From Acidobacteriota bacterium (GTDB lineage: Bacteria; Acidobacteriota; UBA6911): DNA of 57,190 nucleotides. Below are positions 19,455-30,038 of this stretch, one piece after another (the stretch's first letter is position 1; each line of letters starts with the position of its first letter). The position numbers were made by a program, and so were the translations under genes. The DNA lies in contig QHZE01000454.1 in NCBI GenBank assembly GCA_003225335.1, positions 1 through 57,190 of the forward strand, in the 5' to 3' direction. The notes below the pieces were generated by a model, which saw only the letters and a list, made by a program, of their open reading frames with translations, made no database searches and had not been told where the DNA came from.

Positions 19455-19526
19455 GGCGCGCCCTCCGCGCCTTCGCGGTTAGTTCTGATTTCGCCTAGGA
19501 ACCGCAAAGACGCAAAGGGCGCGAAG
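19455..19526. repeat. CGCGCCTTCGCGGTT / AACCGCAAAGACGC hairpin
   Basis: Inverted arms related to the GAAGACGC family. Confidence 0.65.
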
Positions 19527-19543
19527 CAAAAGGGGAAATCAGG

Positions 19544-20710
19544 CTACCCCGCAAGCAACTCGGCGATCGTGGAGACGATGCAATCAATCTGCTCTCCGGT
19601 CAGCTCCGGATATATGGGCAATGCCAGGGCCTGGCGGGAGGCTGCATGCGCTTGAGGAAAATCCGACGGCTGGTAACCCAGGTACCTGAAACATTCCTGC
19701 TCGTGGAGAGGCACCGGGTAATAAATCTCCGTTTCAATGCCACGTTCGCTCAGGAAGCTGCGAAGCTCGTCTCTGCGCTGGCAGCGGATGACAAACTGGT
19801 GGAAGACATGCACCCGATTGGGAAGCACCTCGGGCAGGGCGATGCGATCCAACAAGTCTGCGGCCTGAAACTTCCTCTTGTATTCGCCGGCGATCTTCTG
19901 CCGGGCCTTTGACCAGCGCTCCAGGTGCCGCAGTTTTACGCGTAAGATAGCGGCCTGGATCTCATCCAGCCGGCTGTTAAACCCGACAATCTTGTGAAAG
20001 TACTGCGGCTGGGCCCCGTGTGTCCGCAACAGCCGGACACGGTCAGAGAGGTCCTTGTCACCGCTTACGACCATCCCTCCGTCCCCGGCTCCGCCCAAGT
20101 TCTTGGAAGGGAAGAAACTGAAGCAGCCCAAGGCGCCCATACTGCCGGCAGGCTTGTCACGGAATCGCGCCCCGATGGCCTGGCAGCTGTCTTCCACGAC
20201 TGGAATGCTGTGGCGCCCCGCTATGCGGAGCACCGCGTCCATGTCGGCGCATTGCCCAAACAGCTGGACCACAATCACGGCTTTCACTGTAGCGCGGGAT
20301 TGCAGGTGAGCTCTACGAGACGAAGGGCCCGCACTGCAGCCTTGCTCCAGGAGCAGCTCGAGCGCTTTCGGGTCCATATTGAAGCTCGCGTCTTCACTAT
20401 CCACGAAAATCGGCCTCGCCCCCAGATTGGCTATAGCCCCGGCGGTGGCGAAGAACGTGAACGGGACGGTCACCACACCATCTCCCTGCCCAACTCCGAG
20501 GGCCTTCAGAGAAAGCAAAAGGGCGTCCGTACCTGAAGCCACGCCGACAGCATAGGGGACGTGGCAGAATCGGGCCACGTCCTGCTCCAGGGCGGCGACC
20601 TGCGGCCCCAGAATGAACCTCTGGCTCTCGAGAACTTCATCCACGGCCGACCGCAACTCATCCCGGATCGTCGCGTACTGCGCCTTAAGATCCAGAAAAG
20701 GGACTTTCAT
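19544..20710 (-). CDS. DegT/DnrJ/EryC1/StrS nucleotide-sugar aminotransferase
   Basis: MKVPFLDLKAQY, SGTDAL, FTFFATAG, EDSCQA, SFFPSKNLG (PLP Lys), NSRLDEIQAA. Confidence 0.92.
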   Translation of the reverse strand: MKVPFLDLKAQYATIRDELRSAVDEVLESQRFILGPQVAALEQDVARFCHVPYAVGVASGTDALLLSLKALGVGQGDGVVTVPFTFFATAGAIANLGARPIFVDSEDASFNMDPKALELLLEQGCSAGPSSRRAHLQSRATVKAVIVVQLFGQCADMDAVLRIAGRHSIPVVEDSCQAIGARFRDKPAGSMGALGCFSFFPSKNLGGAGDGGMVVSGDKDLSDRVRLLRTHGAQPQYFHKIVGFNSRLDEIQAAILRVKLRHLERWSKARQKIAGEYKRKFQAADLLDRIALPEVLPNRVHVFHQFVIRCQRRDELRSFLSERGIETEIYYPVPLHEQECFRYLGYQPSDFPQAHAASRQALALPIYPELTGEQIDCIVSTIAELLAG

Positions 20711-20764
20711 ATTTTTAGCAAGTGCTTTCGATTGACCCATGGTCGGTGTCAATACCCCAGTGGG

Positions 20765-20933
20765 AGACCTCAGACTTCAGAGATCATACCTCAGACCTAG
20801 AACGCTTGAATATCTGCGGGGCTTTCTGTCGTGCCCGGCTCAGTCTGAAGTCTGATCCCTAAGATCTGAAGTCTGACCCGAGCAGGCTAAAGCCTGAACT
20901 CCGAACACGCAGGCTAGGGCCTGTACTCCAAAC
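20765..20933. repeat. CAGACCT/AGTCTGA heptamer hairpin followed by two REP half-sites
   Basis: gacctcagacttcagag..cctcagacc ... gtctgaagtctga..tctgaagtctga (20765-20877); gcaggctaaagcctgaactcc and gcaggctagggcctgtactcc (20882-20933). Confidence 0.85.
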
Positions 20934-20970
20934 CAGGCATTAACGCGGTAAATCGACGGGATGAACGTAC

Positions 20971-21924
20971 TCAGCCCGCGGGGGCGGCTCGCGTCCTGAA
21001 GTACCCGATCGTGCGGCGCAAGCCTTCTTCCAAGGACACGGTGGGACTCCATCCCAGGAGCTTTTGAGCCCGGGTGATGTCCGGCCTGCGTACCTTTGGA
21101 TCATCTTGGGGCAGGGGTTTGAAATCGATCGCGCTCGAGCTATCGGTCAGATCCAGTACCTTCCGGGCGATCTCCATCACCGTCAGTTCGTGCGGGTTGC
21201 CGATGTTTACGGGTTCGTGGACCCCGGGCGATGCCGGAGCCAGGAGCAGCCGCACAATCCCTTCGATTTCGTCGTCCACGTAGCAGAAACTGCGGGTCTG
21301 CGCTCCCGTGCCATAAACCGTCAGTGGTTCGCGTCTGAGAGCCTGGACGATAAAATTGGAAACCACGCGACCGTCGTGAGGTCGCATCCGCGGCCCATAG
21401 GTGTTGAATATGCGTACTATCCGTGTATCCATGCCGTGCGACCTGTGATACGCCATGGTGAGAGCCTCGGCAAATCTCTTTGCTTCATCATAGACGCCTC
21501 GCAGGCCGATTGGATTTACGTTTCCCCAGTACGTCTCGGGCTGGGGGTTCACTAGAGGATCTCCGTAGGTTTCCGAAGTGCTGGCGAGAAGGAAGCGCGC
21601 TCCTTTGTCTTTGGCGAGGCCCAGGGTCTTATGAGTCCCCAACGCTCCCACTTTCAGCGTCTTGATTGGATGTTCCAGGTAGTCGCGGGGGCTGGCCGGG
21701 GACGCGAAATGCATGACGGCATCCACGTTATCCGCGATAAAGATGTACTCGGTCACGTCGTGCTTGTAGAAACGGAATCGCTCATGACCGAGGAGGTGCG
21801 CAATGTTATCGACACTGCCGGTAATAAGGTTGTCGAGGCAGACAACCTCGTGTCCCAGTGCCAGCAGCCGCTCGCACAGGTGGCTTCCCAGAAAGCCTGA
21901 ACCTCCGGTAATTACTATTCTCAT
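20971..21924 (-). CDS. UDP-glucuronate decarboxylase-like extended SDR
   Basis: [39 protein letters not shown] (YxxxK), [20 protein letters not shown]. Confidence 0.92.
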   Translation of the reverse strand: MRIVITGGSGFLGSHLCERLLALGHEVVCLDNLITGSVDNIAHLLGHERFRFYKHDVTEYIFIADNVDAVMHFASPASPRDYLEHPIKTLKVGALGTHKTLGLAKDKGARFLLASTSETYGDPLVNPQPETYWGNVNPIGLRGVYDEAKRFAEALTMAYHRSHGMDTRIVRIFNTYGPRMRPHDGRVVSNFIVQALRREPLTVYGTGAQTRSFCYVDDEIEGIVRLLLAPASPGVHEPVNIGNPHELTVMEIARKVLDLTDSSSAIDFKPLPQDDPKVRRPDITRAQKLLGWSPTVSLEEGLRRTIGYFRTRAAPAG

Positions 21925-21935
21925 CGGTTTGAGCA

Positions 21936-22033
21936 ATTTCGGATTTCGGATTTCGGATTGCGGATTGTGAAGCCGGGCGTTTTGAAATCCGCAATCCGCA
22001 ATCTGCAATCCGAAATCGGAAATCCGAAATCCG
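21936..22033. repeat. GGATTTC/GGATTGC heptamer hairpin
   Basis: tttcggatttcggatttcggattgcggattg ... aatccgcaatccgcaatctgcaatccgaaatcggaaatccgaaatccg. Confidence 0.9.
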
Positions 22034-25000
22034 TCACGGTTTCCCCTTGGCTAGAGACTTATAGTACTCCTCAACGAGCCTCTTGTAGCTCGACGGCGCC
22101 TCGTTGTCGTCGGAGTAGAAGTATTTGTCCTTCTGGAGCAGCCGGGCAAGGTCGCGGCCGAGATCGAGCTCCACCTGACGGAGCAGGTCTATAGATTGTT
22201 TCAGGCGGGCCGCTTCTTCGGGATCACTGTAGTCGCGGGCAATCTCCATGCGCCGCAGGCTTTCGATGACCTGATCCAGGTTCTGCCCCTGCGTGGAATT
22301 ACGGTCGAAGAGGCGACGGAGCTCCTGTGCGTCGCCGAGTCGCTGCTGCAGTTCACGCGGCAGCTGACGAGAGTCCTCTCCACCGTACGGGCCGATCCCG
22401 ATCGGCGGCCGCATTGCCCTGCTGTTTCCCCTGCTGGCCCTGACCCTGTTGCCCTTGTTGGGCCCCTCGCTGCCCAGACTGGTTTGGAGTCTCGCCCTGC
22501 TGTTGGCCCTTTTGTCCTCCCTGACTGGCCTGCTGTTGTCCGGGAGTGTTACCCTGTTTGCCCTGGCCTTTCTGCATTGTCCGCAGACGTTGCTGCATCG
22601 ATTCGAGCCCTTCGGCCAGCTGGCGCGTCTTGCTGACCCTCTCTTCCAACTTGCCTTCGCCCGTCTGTCCGAGACTGTTGCGTGCCGCTTCGAGCTGCTT
22701 GTTCAGTTCTTCCAGCCCGCCACGGATGAAGTCTTCCCGTGCCTTGATAAAGTCGTAGTACCCAGCTTCCATGAGCTGGTTACTCTGCAGGATTCGTTCC
22801 GGTAGTTTCTTGTCCCGAATAGTCCCCGCTGCCTCGCTGAGCTTGCTGCTTGTCTCGCGCTGAGTCTTTCGAGCCCGTTTGGAAAGATCCTCGATTTGGC
22901 CACCCAAGTTCTTCAGGCGGTCGGCCTGAACAGCCTTTCGCTCAGACAGGTCTTCTCGCCGTTTCTGAAACTCCGGCGTTCCCGCATGCTGTTTCTCCTG
23001 GGACAGCCGGTCCAGGGCTTCCTGGATTTGCTTCTGCTGTTCGAGAAGCTGCTTCGACTCCTCCGCGGCCCGCTCCAGGCCCTGGTTCAGACCCGCGTCC
23101 TGACTTCGCGCAAGGGCACGCCTGGCATCTTCCAGTTGCTGCAGTGCCCGGATCCCTTGGGCGGTGGCTTCCTGGCTGCTCCCCTGCTGGCTTTTGTCCA
23201 GAGACTTCTTCATCTCCTGGATGGCCTGCTGGAGCTGGCTGCTGACCCGGTTCAATTCGGGCGAGCTCCGCTCCCGGGAGAGCCGCTGCAGCTGGCGCTG
23301 GAGCCGTTCGGCTTCCTCAATCAGCTCTTGCTGGCTCTGGCCTCCCCCTCCGGCGGAGGCGGAAGAGGAGCCCCTCTGGCCGAGCATCCGGTTACGCTCG
23401 TTCAGCTGTTGCTGGCGCTGCGCCAGTTCTTTGAGGCGCTGCAGCGCTTCGTCCAGATGCTGGTCACGTGCCTGCTGCTCTCCGCGCTGGATGGTTTCGT
23501 ACTGGTTCTTGAGCTTGTTGAGCTCCAGCTCAAACAAGTCGGCCAGATCCTCGGCATTCGCCTGCGACCCACCGCTCCCCTGCGTCCCGAGGCTGATCTG
23601 GATCTCGCGAAACAGGCTCTCGCCGCGCATGAGTTGCTGAAGCGACTTTTGTTCCGGAGGCAGGGCCTCCGATGGTTTCTGCTCTCCGAGCCGGAGGGCC
23701 GCCTGCTCCATCTCGACGACCGCCGCCTTCAGGTAGTCCACCAGTTTCGCAAAAAGAGAACTTACGTCCAGCGCCCCGCGCCGCTGCATGCGGTCGATCA
23801 AGCCCTGCGCTTGCGCCTGCAGCCGGCCCTGAACCAGCGCCAGCGATTTCAGGTCGTCCGCATACTCCTTGGAATCCATCTTGTCCTTTTCTCGAATCAG
23901 CTTGAACGTGGCGCTGATGATCTCCTTCTGCTGCCGGCTCAACGATTCCTCCGCCTCTCCGCCGCCGCCGGGGCCGGGCGCCGCCTGGGTCTGGGTGTAC
24001 TTCTGTTCGAAGGGTCGAATCTCGATGAAATAGATATCGGATGAGGACGAACCGGGGCCGGTGACGTTGTTGTTGTCGATGGCCTTGCCGTAGTAGGAAA
24101 TGACATCGCCCGGCTGCAGGTTGAATTCTTCCAGGAAAAACGTGTGGCCCGAAAGGACGTTCGGTTGAGACGCGGATTTGCCGTCGAAAAGCCTGATCGG
24201 CTTTTCCGCCCCGCCGTTGACCGCGTAACGGATCTCGACTTTCGCCACGCCAATATCGTCTTCCGCCTTCACCTCGGCAAAAACCTCTTCGACATTGGTC
24301 GCGCGCAAGTCGCGCAAGGGCTTCGTTATCGTTACCTTCGGAGGCACGTCCTCGAGAGCCTCGATCTGATACTCCGAAGACGCCGGATACTGGCGAGCGT
24401 CCGCATTTACAAGCTGGACCACGTAGGAACCCGAGCGCCGAAGGTCCAGCGTTCCGGAAAAGGCTTTGTCTCCTGCCGGTGCGAGCGCAAGCGTGGACTG
24501 GTTATCAAAGAGAAGCCGTGCGGAACGCGCCGGCTGGTTCAAATGAATATTGAAATCCACCCTGGTCCCCTTCAGGGCGGAAATGTCCCCTCCATCTTCC
24601 ACTGTCTCAGGAGACATACCGGTATAAGAGGGGAATCGATAGGTGAGCTGAATGCGCTCGACTTTCGGAACATCGACTACCTTGATGGTGAAAGGGGGGG
24701 AACGCACTCCCCGGGATTCGACATAGTAACGCAGAGAGGATTGCACGTCGACCAACAGGTAGAGAAAACCGCTCCCGCGCGTTTCCGGTTCCATCGGGAG
24801 CAGCGTCCACACCGTCGCGGATTCTGGTTGGGTAAAAAGCTTTACTTCGGGGGAATCAAAGCCGACCAGCTGCGCCCGTATCTGCTGGTCCGTCCCCTTC
24901 GCCAGTTCGGTATTCCCGGGCGTCACGAGCACCATCAAAGGCTCGTTGGAAGAGGCTTGGCTCCATCGAATGTAGAGCTTCTGAAAGCCGTAGGGAAAGA

Positions 25001-25502
25001 AAGACGGACCCCAGCTCAGCAGAACCAGCAACACCAGCAGTGCCCCGGCAGCCAGGCTTCCATGGGTCGCTATGCGCTTGCGATTGACGAAGACCGAAAA
25101 GTCCAACCGGTTCGTCTTGTCCAGAGCATCCTTGATCAGCAGATCCAGCATTCCAGCGGAGATGCGATCCCCCCGGCCGAATTCCATAGCCGTAACGAGC
25201 CGGTCTTCGAGCTTCGGGTAGCGCTCTTCCACGTACTGCGCCACCTGAACGTCGGACACCCGGCGCCTCAGCGGGAGGTAGAGGAAGCGGACAGCAACAA
25301 ACACTACAGCGCCTCCGGTCAGAAGGCGCATGGCCCACAGCGCCCCCGGCTTGAAGCCGAACAAGTCCGCTCCCCACACGCTGAGAACGAGCAGAGAGAT
25401 GCTCGAGGCCAAAAAGAGAGAAACCCCTTTTATCAGGATCTGCGTGCGCCATCTGCGGCGCACCATCCGGATCCTTTCGCGCAAGCTTTCATAGGAATTC
25501 AT
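22034..25502 (-). CDS. DUF4175-like membrane-anchored Ig-like/coiled-coil protein (about 1155 aa), interrupted by a 1-bp frameshift near 22428-22431
   Basis: Three N-terminal TM segments, a beta-rich middle ([20 protein letters not shown]) and a Q/E-rich coiled coil with [14 protein letters not shown] 22034..22414 supplies the typical EEYYKSL C-terminus. Total length 3469 = 3n+1. Confidence 0.75.
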
Positions 25503-25515
25503 GGGTTCCCCTCCC

Positions 25516-25590
25516 GATTGCGGACTGCGGATTGCGGATTTCGGATTGCGGGACCTGGCTGTTCAAATCCGAAATCCGCAATCCGCAATT
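25516..25590. repeat. GGATTGC / AATCCGC heptamer hairpin
   Basis: gattgcggactgcggattgcggatttcggattgcgg ... aaatccgaaatccgcaatccgcaatt. Confidence 0.9.
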
Positions 25591-25593
25591 CCC

Positions 25594-27705
25594 CTATTCC
25601 CGTTTGAGGGCTAACCGGTTCCCTAGCAGGCCCTCACTCACCAAGAATACCAGAACCGCGGCAAGAAGCAGGCGCCATAATCGCTGCTTCCGCTCCTGCT
25701 CTTCCAATGACATGCGTTCGTTCTCAACCGCCGGCTGGGGCGCCCCGGATGCTTCCCTAGGAAGCCAGCCCGCCACAAACTCTTCCACGTTGGCGTGTGC
25801 GAGATCCGATTCTTTCGGCACCGGGTTCACGGCAACCGTGATGCTCAGCCGCGGCGAACGGATCTCGTAGAGCCCTATTTTCTCGAGCGTCAGAGCGCTG
25901 GCCCCCGGAACCGCAGGAACGCGCCTCTTGTCGGGGCTCATGACGACGATCGCCTGGTTCAGATCGAAGTCGGCTCTGCCCTGACGCAACGCAGACTCAG
26001 CCAGGATCTTTTGCGGCTCGATGGTCTCGCCTACCTCCACCCACCGGCGCCCTTCACGAAGATTTCCCAGGTGCCGCAGGATCTGCTGCCACAACGGCGC
26101 AAACACGGCCTTAACCGGGAAATCGTTGTTGCCCGAATCGTCGGCTGGAAAAGCCAGCACCACAACGCGGCCCTTGTCGATGTTCGCTGAAACGACCGCC
26201 GGAAGACCGTTATCGAACCGCGCCAGCACTTCACTCCCCTGGGCTGCCTTCAGGCGTGCGTATTTGAAGAATTTCGCCCCGGTGAAGTCCCCGGAATGGG
26301 GTTCGCTGAACGGTTTGAAAATCGGATGGTCCATCCGCAGGTCGGTCAGAAGCGCATAGTCGTGGCTCGCCTGGCCCGGCCGCTTTGCTTGCAACGAAGG
26401 GTCTTCCATCTGCACGGGAACCCAGGAACCGAAAGTCCGGTTGAAGTCCTCCGCGGTCACCGCCTTTCCGAGGACGACTGCCAGTCCGCCGCCGCCGCGC
26501 ACGTAATCCTGGAGCTTTTTCTGCAGCGCAGGGCCGCCGCCCGAAGCATCGTTCCAAATGACAAGGCTGCCCGTGAGGGTGCTCACAGACTCGGCCTTCT
26601 CAAGGGCGACCGCCGTCAAACGATAAGGGGAAAACGACGAAACGTTCAAGGCGTGAGAAAGAAAGAAGCTGGGAGACCTGCCTCCTTTCGGTTCCGGATT
26701 CTCCACGGAAAAGACGGGGGTCTTGCCACGAGCTTCGAGAATCATGCTGAACCGGTTATCGCGTGTGAGATTGGGATCCTCCACTTCGAGAACGACGGGG
26801 TGCGCGCCCGCTGTCAGCGCCGGAATTTGAAATTCCACGCCCCGGAGAGCAGAGCGGTCCGCGTCCACGGCTTTTTCCGCCACCACGCGGCCGTGCAGCG
26901 ACAGGCTTACGCGAATGTTTTTCCGGTCTTCGGTTCCATAGTTCACGACCGTGGCTTTAATCTGGAAGCTTCCGGCGTTGCTTTCGTCCGCATCAAGAAC
27001 CTTCACCTCGCCAAAAGTCAGGTTGCTGAAGCTGTCAGAGCCGAGATCCACCGGCTTCAGCTCCACGGAAGAGCTCAAGCGAGAATCCTGCTCATCTGCA
27101 TCCAAACCGCTTTTCTGAAAGTCAGAGATAAGATAGATGATGCGTTTTTCCGCGCCTGCCTCCAGCGCAAGTTTCTCGGCCAATCGGAGCGCCTGGCTAT
27201 ACCTGGTCGACTTTTCGGTCAACTCGACCCCGTTCTCGATCTGTCCCAGCAGCGTGTCCTTGCCGGTCACTATCTGGGATCGTGCGAAAACGCGATCCGA
27301 GAACTCCAGAAGCGCGAACTTGTCTCCCACGCTAGCCCTGCGGACGATCTCTGCCGCAGCCTTTTTGGCCCTTTCCCAGCGGTCGCCGTAGGACATGCTC
27401 AGAGAGTTGTCCAACAGGATGATGTGCGCCGTCGTGACCTTACCGCCCGCTGCGGACACCTGCGGCATCTCCCGGAACGGGCGCGTAAATGCCAGCGCAA
27501 GGAACAAGAAGGCCAGAACTCTCAACAGAAGCAACAACAAATGCCGTAGTTTCTGGTACCGGATCGTCCTTTTGCTGACCTTGCGAAGGTACATGAGCGT
27601 GGGGAACTCGATCCTCCGGGCGCGCTCCCTTCTGATCAGGTGCAACAGCACCGGGACCGCCGCCGCGAGCGCCCCCCAAAAGTACAACGGATTCAAGAAG
27701 CTCAT
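25594..27705 (-). CDS. BatA-domain membrane protein with VWA, beta-sandwich and GATase-like domains
   Basis: MSFLNPLYFWGALAAAVPVLLHL..FPTLMYL (BatA N-terminus), DNSLSM (MIDAS), ISDFQ, LTRDNRF and a C-terminal LWRLLL..SEG TM segment. Confidence 0.85.
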   Translation of the reverse strand: MSFLNPLYFWGALAAAVPVLLHLIRRERARRIEFPTLMYLRKVSKRTIRYQKLRHLLLLLLRVLAFLFLALAFTRPFREMPQVSAAGGKVTTAHIILLDNSLSMSYGDRWERAKKAAAEIVRRASVGDKFALLEFSDRVFARSQIVTGKDTLLGQIENGVELTEKSTRYSQALRLAEKLALEAGAEKRIIYLISDFQKSGLDADEQDSRLSSSVELKPVDLGSDSFSNLTFGEVKVLDADESNAGSFQIKATVVNYGTEDRKNIRVSLSLHGRVVAEKAVDADRSALRGVEFQIPALTAGAHPVVLEVEDPNLTRDNRFSMILEARGKTPVFSVENPEPKGGRSPSFFLSHALNVSSFSPYRLTAVALEKAESVSTLTGSLVIWNDASGGGPALQKKLQDYVRGGGGLAVVLGKAVTAEDFNRTFGSWVPVQMEDPSLQAKRPGQASHDYALLTDLRMDHPIFKPFSEPHSGDFTGAKFFKYARLKAAQGSEVLARFDNGLPAVVSANIDKGRVVVLAFPADDSGNNDFPVKAVFAPLWQQILRHLGNLREGRRWVEVGETIEPQKILAESALRQGRADFDLNQAIVVMSPDKRRVPAVPGASALTLEKIGLYEIRSPRLSITVAVNPVPKESDLAHANVEEFVAGWLPREASGAPQPAVENERMSLEEQERKQRLWRLLLAAVLVFLVSEGLLGNRLALKRE

Positions 27706-27792
27706 AAGCTGTTGTGGCACGGGCGTCTCGCCCGTGAAAAAACCCTCCGGAGATATCCAACCCGAATCATGGCCGGGACGGCCATGCTACGA

Positions 27793-28707
27793 TCAGTAAA
27801 GCTGCTGGCGTCTCAGAAGGTAAGCAAAAAGCGCGTGGTCCAACGGCTGCGACGTGTCCAGCAGAGCGAAATCCATTCTGTCCTTCTGACACTCCTTTTC
27901 AAAAAAAGCGACCTGGTTCTTCATGATCTTTCTGTATTCCTGCCGGAGGAAATCCGGCACAACGTGCATCTCCGCCCGGGTCTCCATGTCGATAAACTGC
28001 GCGCTCTCTTCGAAATCAAAGAGCAGTTCCGAGGGGTCCAGAACCTGGAACACGATGACGTCATTGCCGTGCAGCGCGAGGTGGCGCAGACCATCCATCA
28101 CCCGTTGAGGTTCATCATAGAGATCCGATATCAGGGCCACGATGCCCCGTTTCCGGATCCGCTCTGAGACGGCAACCAGGGGTTTGAGGAAGTTGCTTTT
28201 CTGCGCCGCACTCGTTCTCTCTATCGTGTGCAGCACGGTATTCAAATGACCTATGCTTCCGCGAGCCGGCACGAACTCCCGCACCTGCTCATCGAACGAG
28301 ATAAAGCCCACACTGTCCCGCTGCTTGAAGGCAAAGTAAGCGAGCGAGGCGGCGACAAACTGGCCGTACTCCAACTTTGGTATCCCCCGGTTTCCGTACC
28401 TCATAGACTGACTGCAGTCCAGGATGAGATGGATGCTCGTATTGGTCTCGCCTTCGTACTCCTTAACGAAGAATCGTTCCCGACGGCCGAATACTTTCCA
28501 GTCGATCTTGCGGATATCATCACCCGGCCGGTAAGGCCGATACTCGGCGAAGTTAACGCTGAATCCCAGATGCGGTGACCGGTGCAGCCCGGCCACAAAT
28601 CCCTCGACGACGGTGCGCGCCACGAGCTCCAGACTCGAGATGCGGGTCAGAACCGTCGGGTCGATAAAGCGCGTCGGTTGCGGCAATGCCGGGTGCGCAT
28701 GAATCAT
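27793..28707 (-). CDS. DUF58 domain protein (MoxR partner, VWA-like)
   Basis: GLHRSPHLGFSVNFAEYRPYRPGDDIRKIDWK, DCSQSM, ISDLY. Confidence 0.9.
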   Translation of the reverse strand: MIHAHPALPQPTRFIDPTVLTRISSLELVARTVVEGFVAGLHRSPHLGFSVNFAEYRPYRPGDDIRKIDWKVFGRRERFFVKEYEGETNTSIHLILDCSQSMRYGNRGIPKLEYGQFVAASLAYFAFKQRDSVGFISFDEQVREFVPARGSIGHLNTVLHTIERTSAAQKSNFLKPLVAVSERIRKRGIVALISDLYDEPQRVMDGLRHLALHGNDVIVFQVLDPSELLFDFEESAQFIDMETRAEMHVVPDFLRQEYRKIMKNQVAFFEKECQKDRMDFALLDTSQPLDHALFAYLLRRQQLY

Positions 28708-28767
28708 TGTCAGACTCCAGATCAATTGACGATTGTTTGCCGATCGTCAGTCATGATCCGAACGAAA

Positions 28768-28866
28768 GGAATTCAGAATCCAGAATATCCGGCACACCCC
28801 CTCTATTCTGCATTGTGGCTCCTGGATTCTGGATTCCTGAACAATCGTCATTCGTCATTCGTAAAT
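28768..28866. repeat. CAGAATC / GATTCTG and TCGTCAT heptamer repeats
   Basis: attcagaatccagaat ... ggattctggattcctgaa; tcgtcattcgtcattcgt. Confidence 0.8.
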
Positions 28867-28868
28867 CC

Positions 28869-29891
28869 TCACAAACCTGACTTAGGCGCAGGAACCGCCT
28901 CGAGCAGGCGCCGTATGATTTCCTCGGTGGTGACGCGCTGCGACTCGGCGTGAAAATTGGTGAGGATGCGGTGCCGCATCACCGGATACGCAAGGGCCCG
29001 TACGTCCTCAATGGAGACGTTGAATCGGCCGTTCAGCAGCGCCCGGGCCTTGCCTCCCAGGATCAGGTACTGGGACGCGCGCAGACTCGCTCCCCAGTTT
29101 ACCCACTCCTTTATGAAATCAAGACCACCGTTCTTCGCAGGCCGCGTAGCGCGGGCCAGTGAGACCGCATAGCGCGAGACGTGGTCCGGCACCGGCACGC
29201 GGCGAACGAGTTTTTGAAATTCCAGAATGTCCTCGCCGCTGACGGTCCGCGCGATCTTGACTTCGCGCGCGGAGGTCGTGGCAGTGACAACGCTCAGCTC
29301 GTCTTCCTCGTCCAGATACTCGATGATGATATTGAACATGAAACGGTCCAACTGGGCTTCAGGCAGAGGATAAGTCCCTTCCAGTTCGATCGGATTCTGG
29401 GTGGCCAGCACGAAGAACGGGCGATCCATGGGATACGTGACGCCCTGTACCGTCACCTGGACCTCTTCCATCGCCTCGAGCAGCGCGGCCTGAGTTTTCG
29501 GAGGCGTGCGGTTGATCTCGTCCGCCAGAAGAATGTTGGCGAAAATCGGACCCTTGACGAAGACGAGCTCTCTCCTTCCGGTAGTGACATCCTCCTGGAT
29601 GATGTCGGTTCCCGTGATGTCTGCCGGCATAAGGTCCGGCGTGAACTGGATGCGTTTGAACTTGAGATCCAGGACACTTGCCAGCGTCTTGATAAGCAGG
29701 GTCTTGGCGAGACCCGGAACGCCGGTGATCATTGAATGGGCCCCTACCATCATACAAATCATGACCTGCTCGACCACGGAATTCTGAGCGATGATGACCT
29801 TGCGCAGTTCCCGGAGGATCTCCTGGTACCCATGCTTGAGTTTTTCTATGAGCGCTGCATCGTCGGCGACGACCTGCTGGACGTTTTCCAT
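28869..29891 (-). CDS. moxR: MoxR-family AAA+ ATPase
   Basis: GVPGLAKT, RIQFTPDLMPADITG, LADEINRTPPKTQAALLEAM, ATQNPIELEGTYPLPEAQLDRF. RBS aaggggga precedes ATG 29891. Confidence 0.95.
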   Translation of the reverse strand: MENVQQVVADDAALIEKLKHGYQEILRELRKVIIAQNSVVEQVMICMMVGAHSMITGVPGLAKTLLIKTLASVLDLKFKRIQFTPDLMPADITGTDIIQEDVTTGRRELVFVKGPIFANILLADEINRTPPKTQAALLEAMEEVQVTVQGVTYPMDRPFFVLATQNPIELEGTYPLPEAQLDRFMFNIIIEYLDEEDELSVVTATTSAREVKIARTVSGEDILEFQKLVRRVPVPDHVSRYAVSLARATRPAKNGGLDFIKEWVNWGASLRASQYLILGGKARALLNGRFNVSIEDVRALAYPVMRHRILTNFHAESQRVTTEEIIRRLLEAVPAPKSGL

Positions 29892-29952
29892 CCGCAGACT
29901 CCCCCTTTCTTCGGATTCTCTGTTGCTCGGGCGTTCGGCTTCACCACGGGAA

Positions 29953-30037
29953 AATTGCGGATTCCGGATTGCGGATTGTCGTACCAAGCCTTCCGTTATC
30001 TTCCAATCCGCAATCCGCAATCGCCAATCCGCAATCC
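29953..30037. repeat. GGATTGC / AATCCGC heptamer hairpin
   Basis: aattgcggattccggattgcggattg ... caatccgcaatccgcaatcgccaatccgcaatcc. Confidence 0.9.
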
Positions 30038-30038
30038 C

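Noticed and set aside
22425-22435. Programmed ribosomal frameshift at GGGGAAAC
   Set aside because: A +1 shift is needed and the GGGAAAC heptamer is not in the register of a canonical -1 site; an indel in a G run is simpler.
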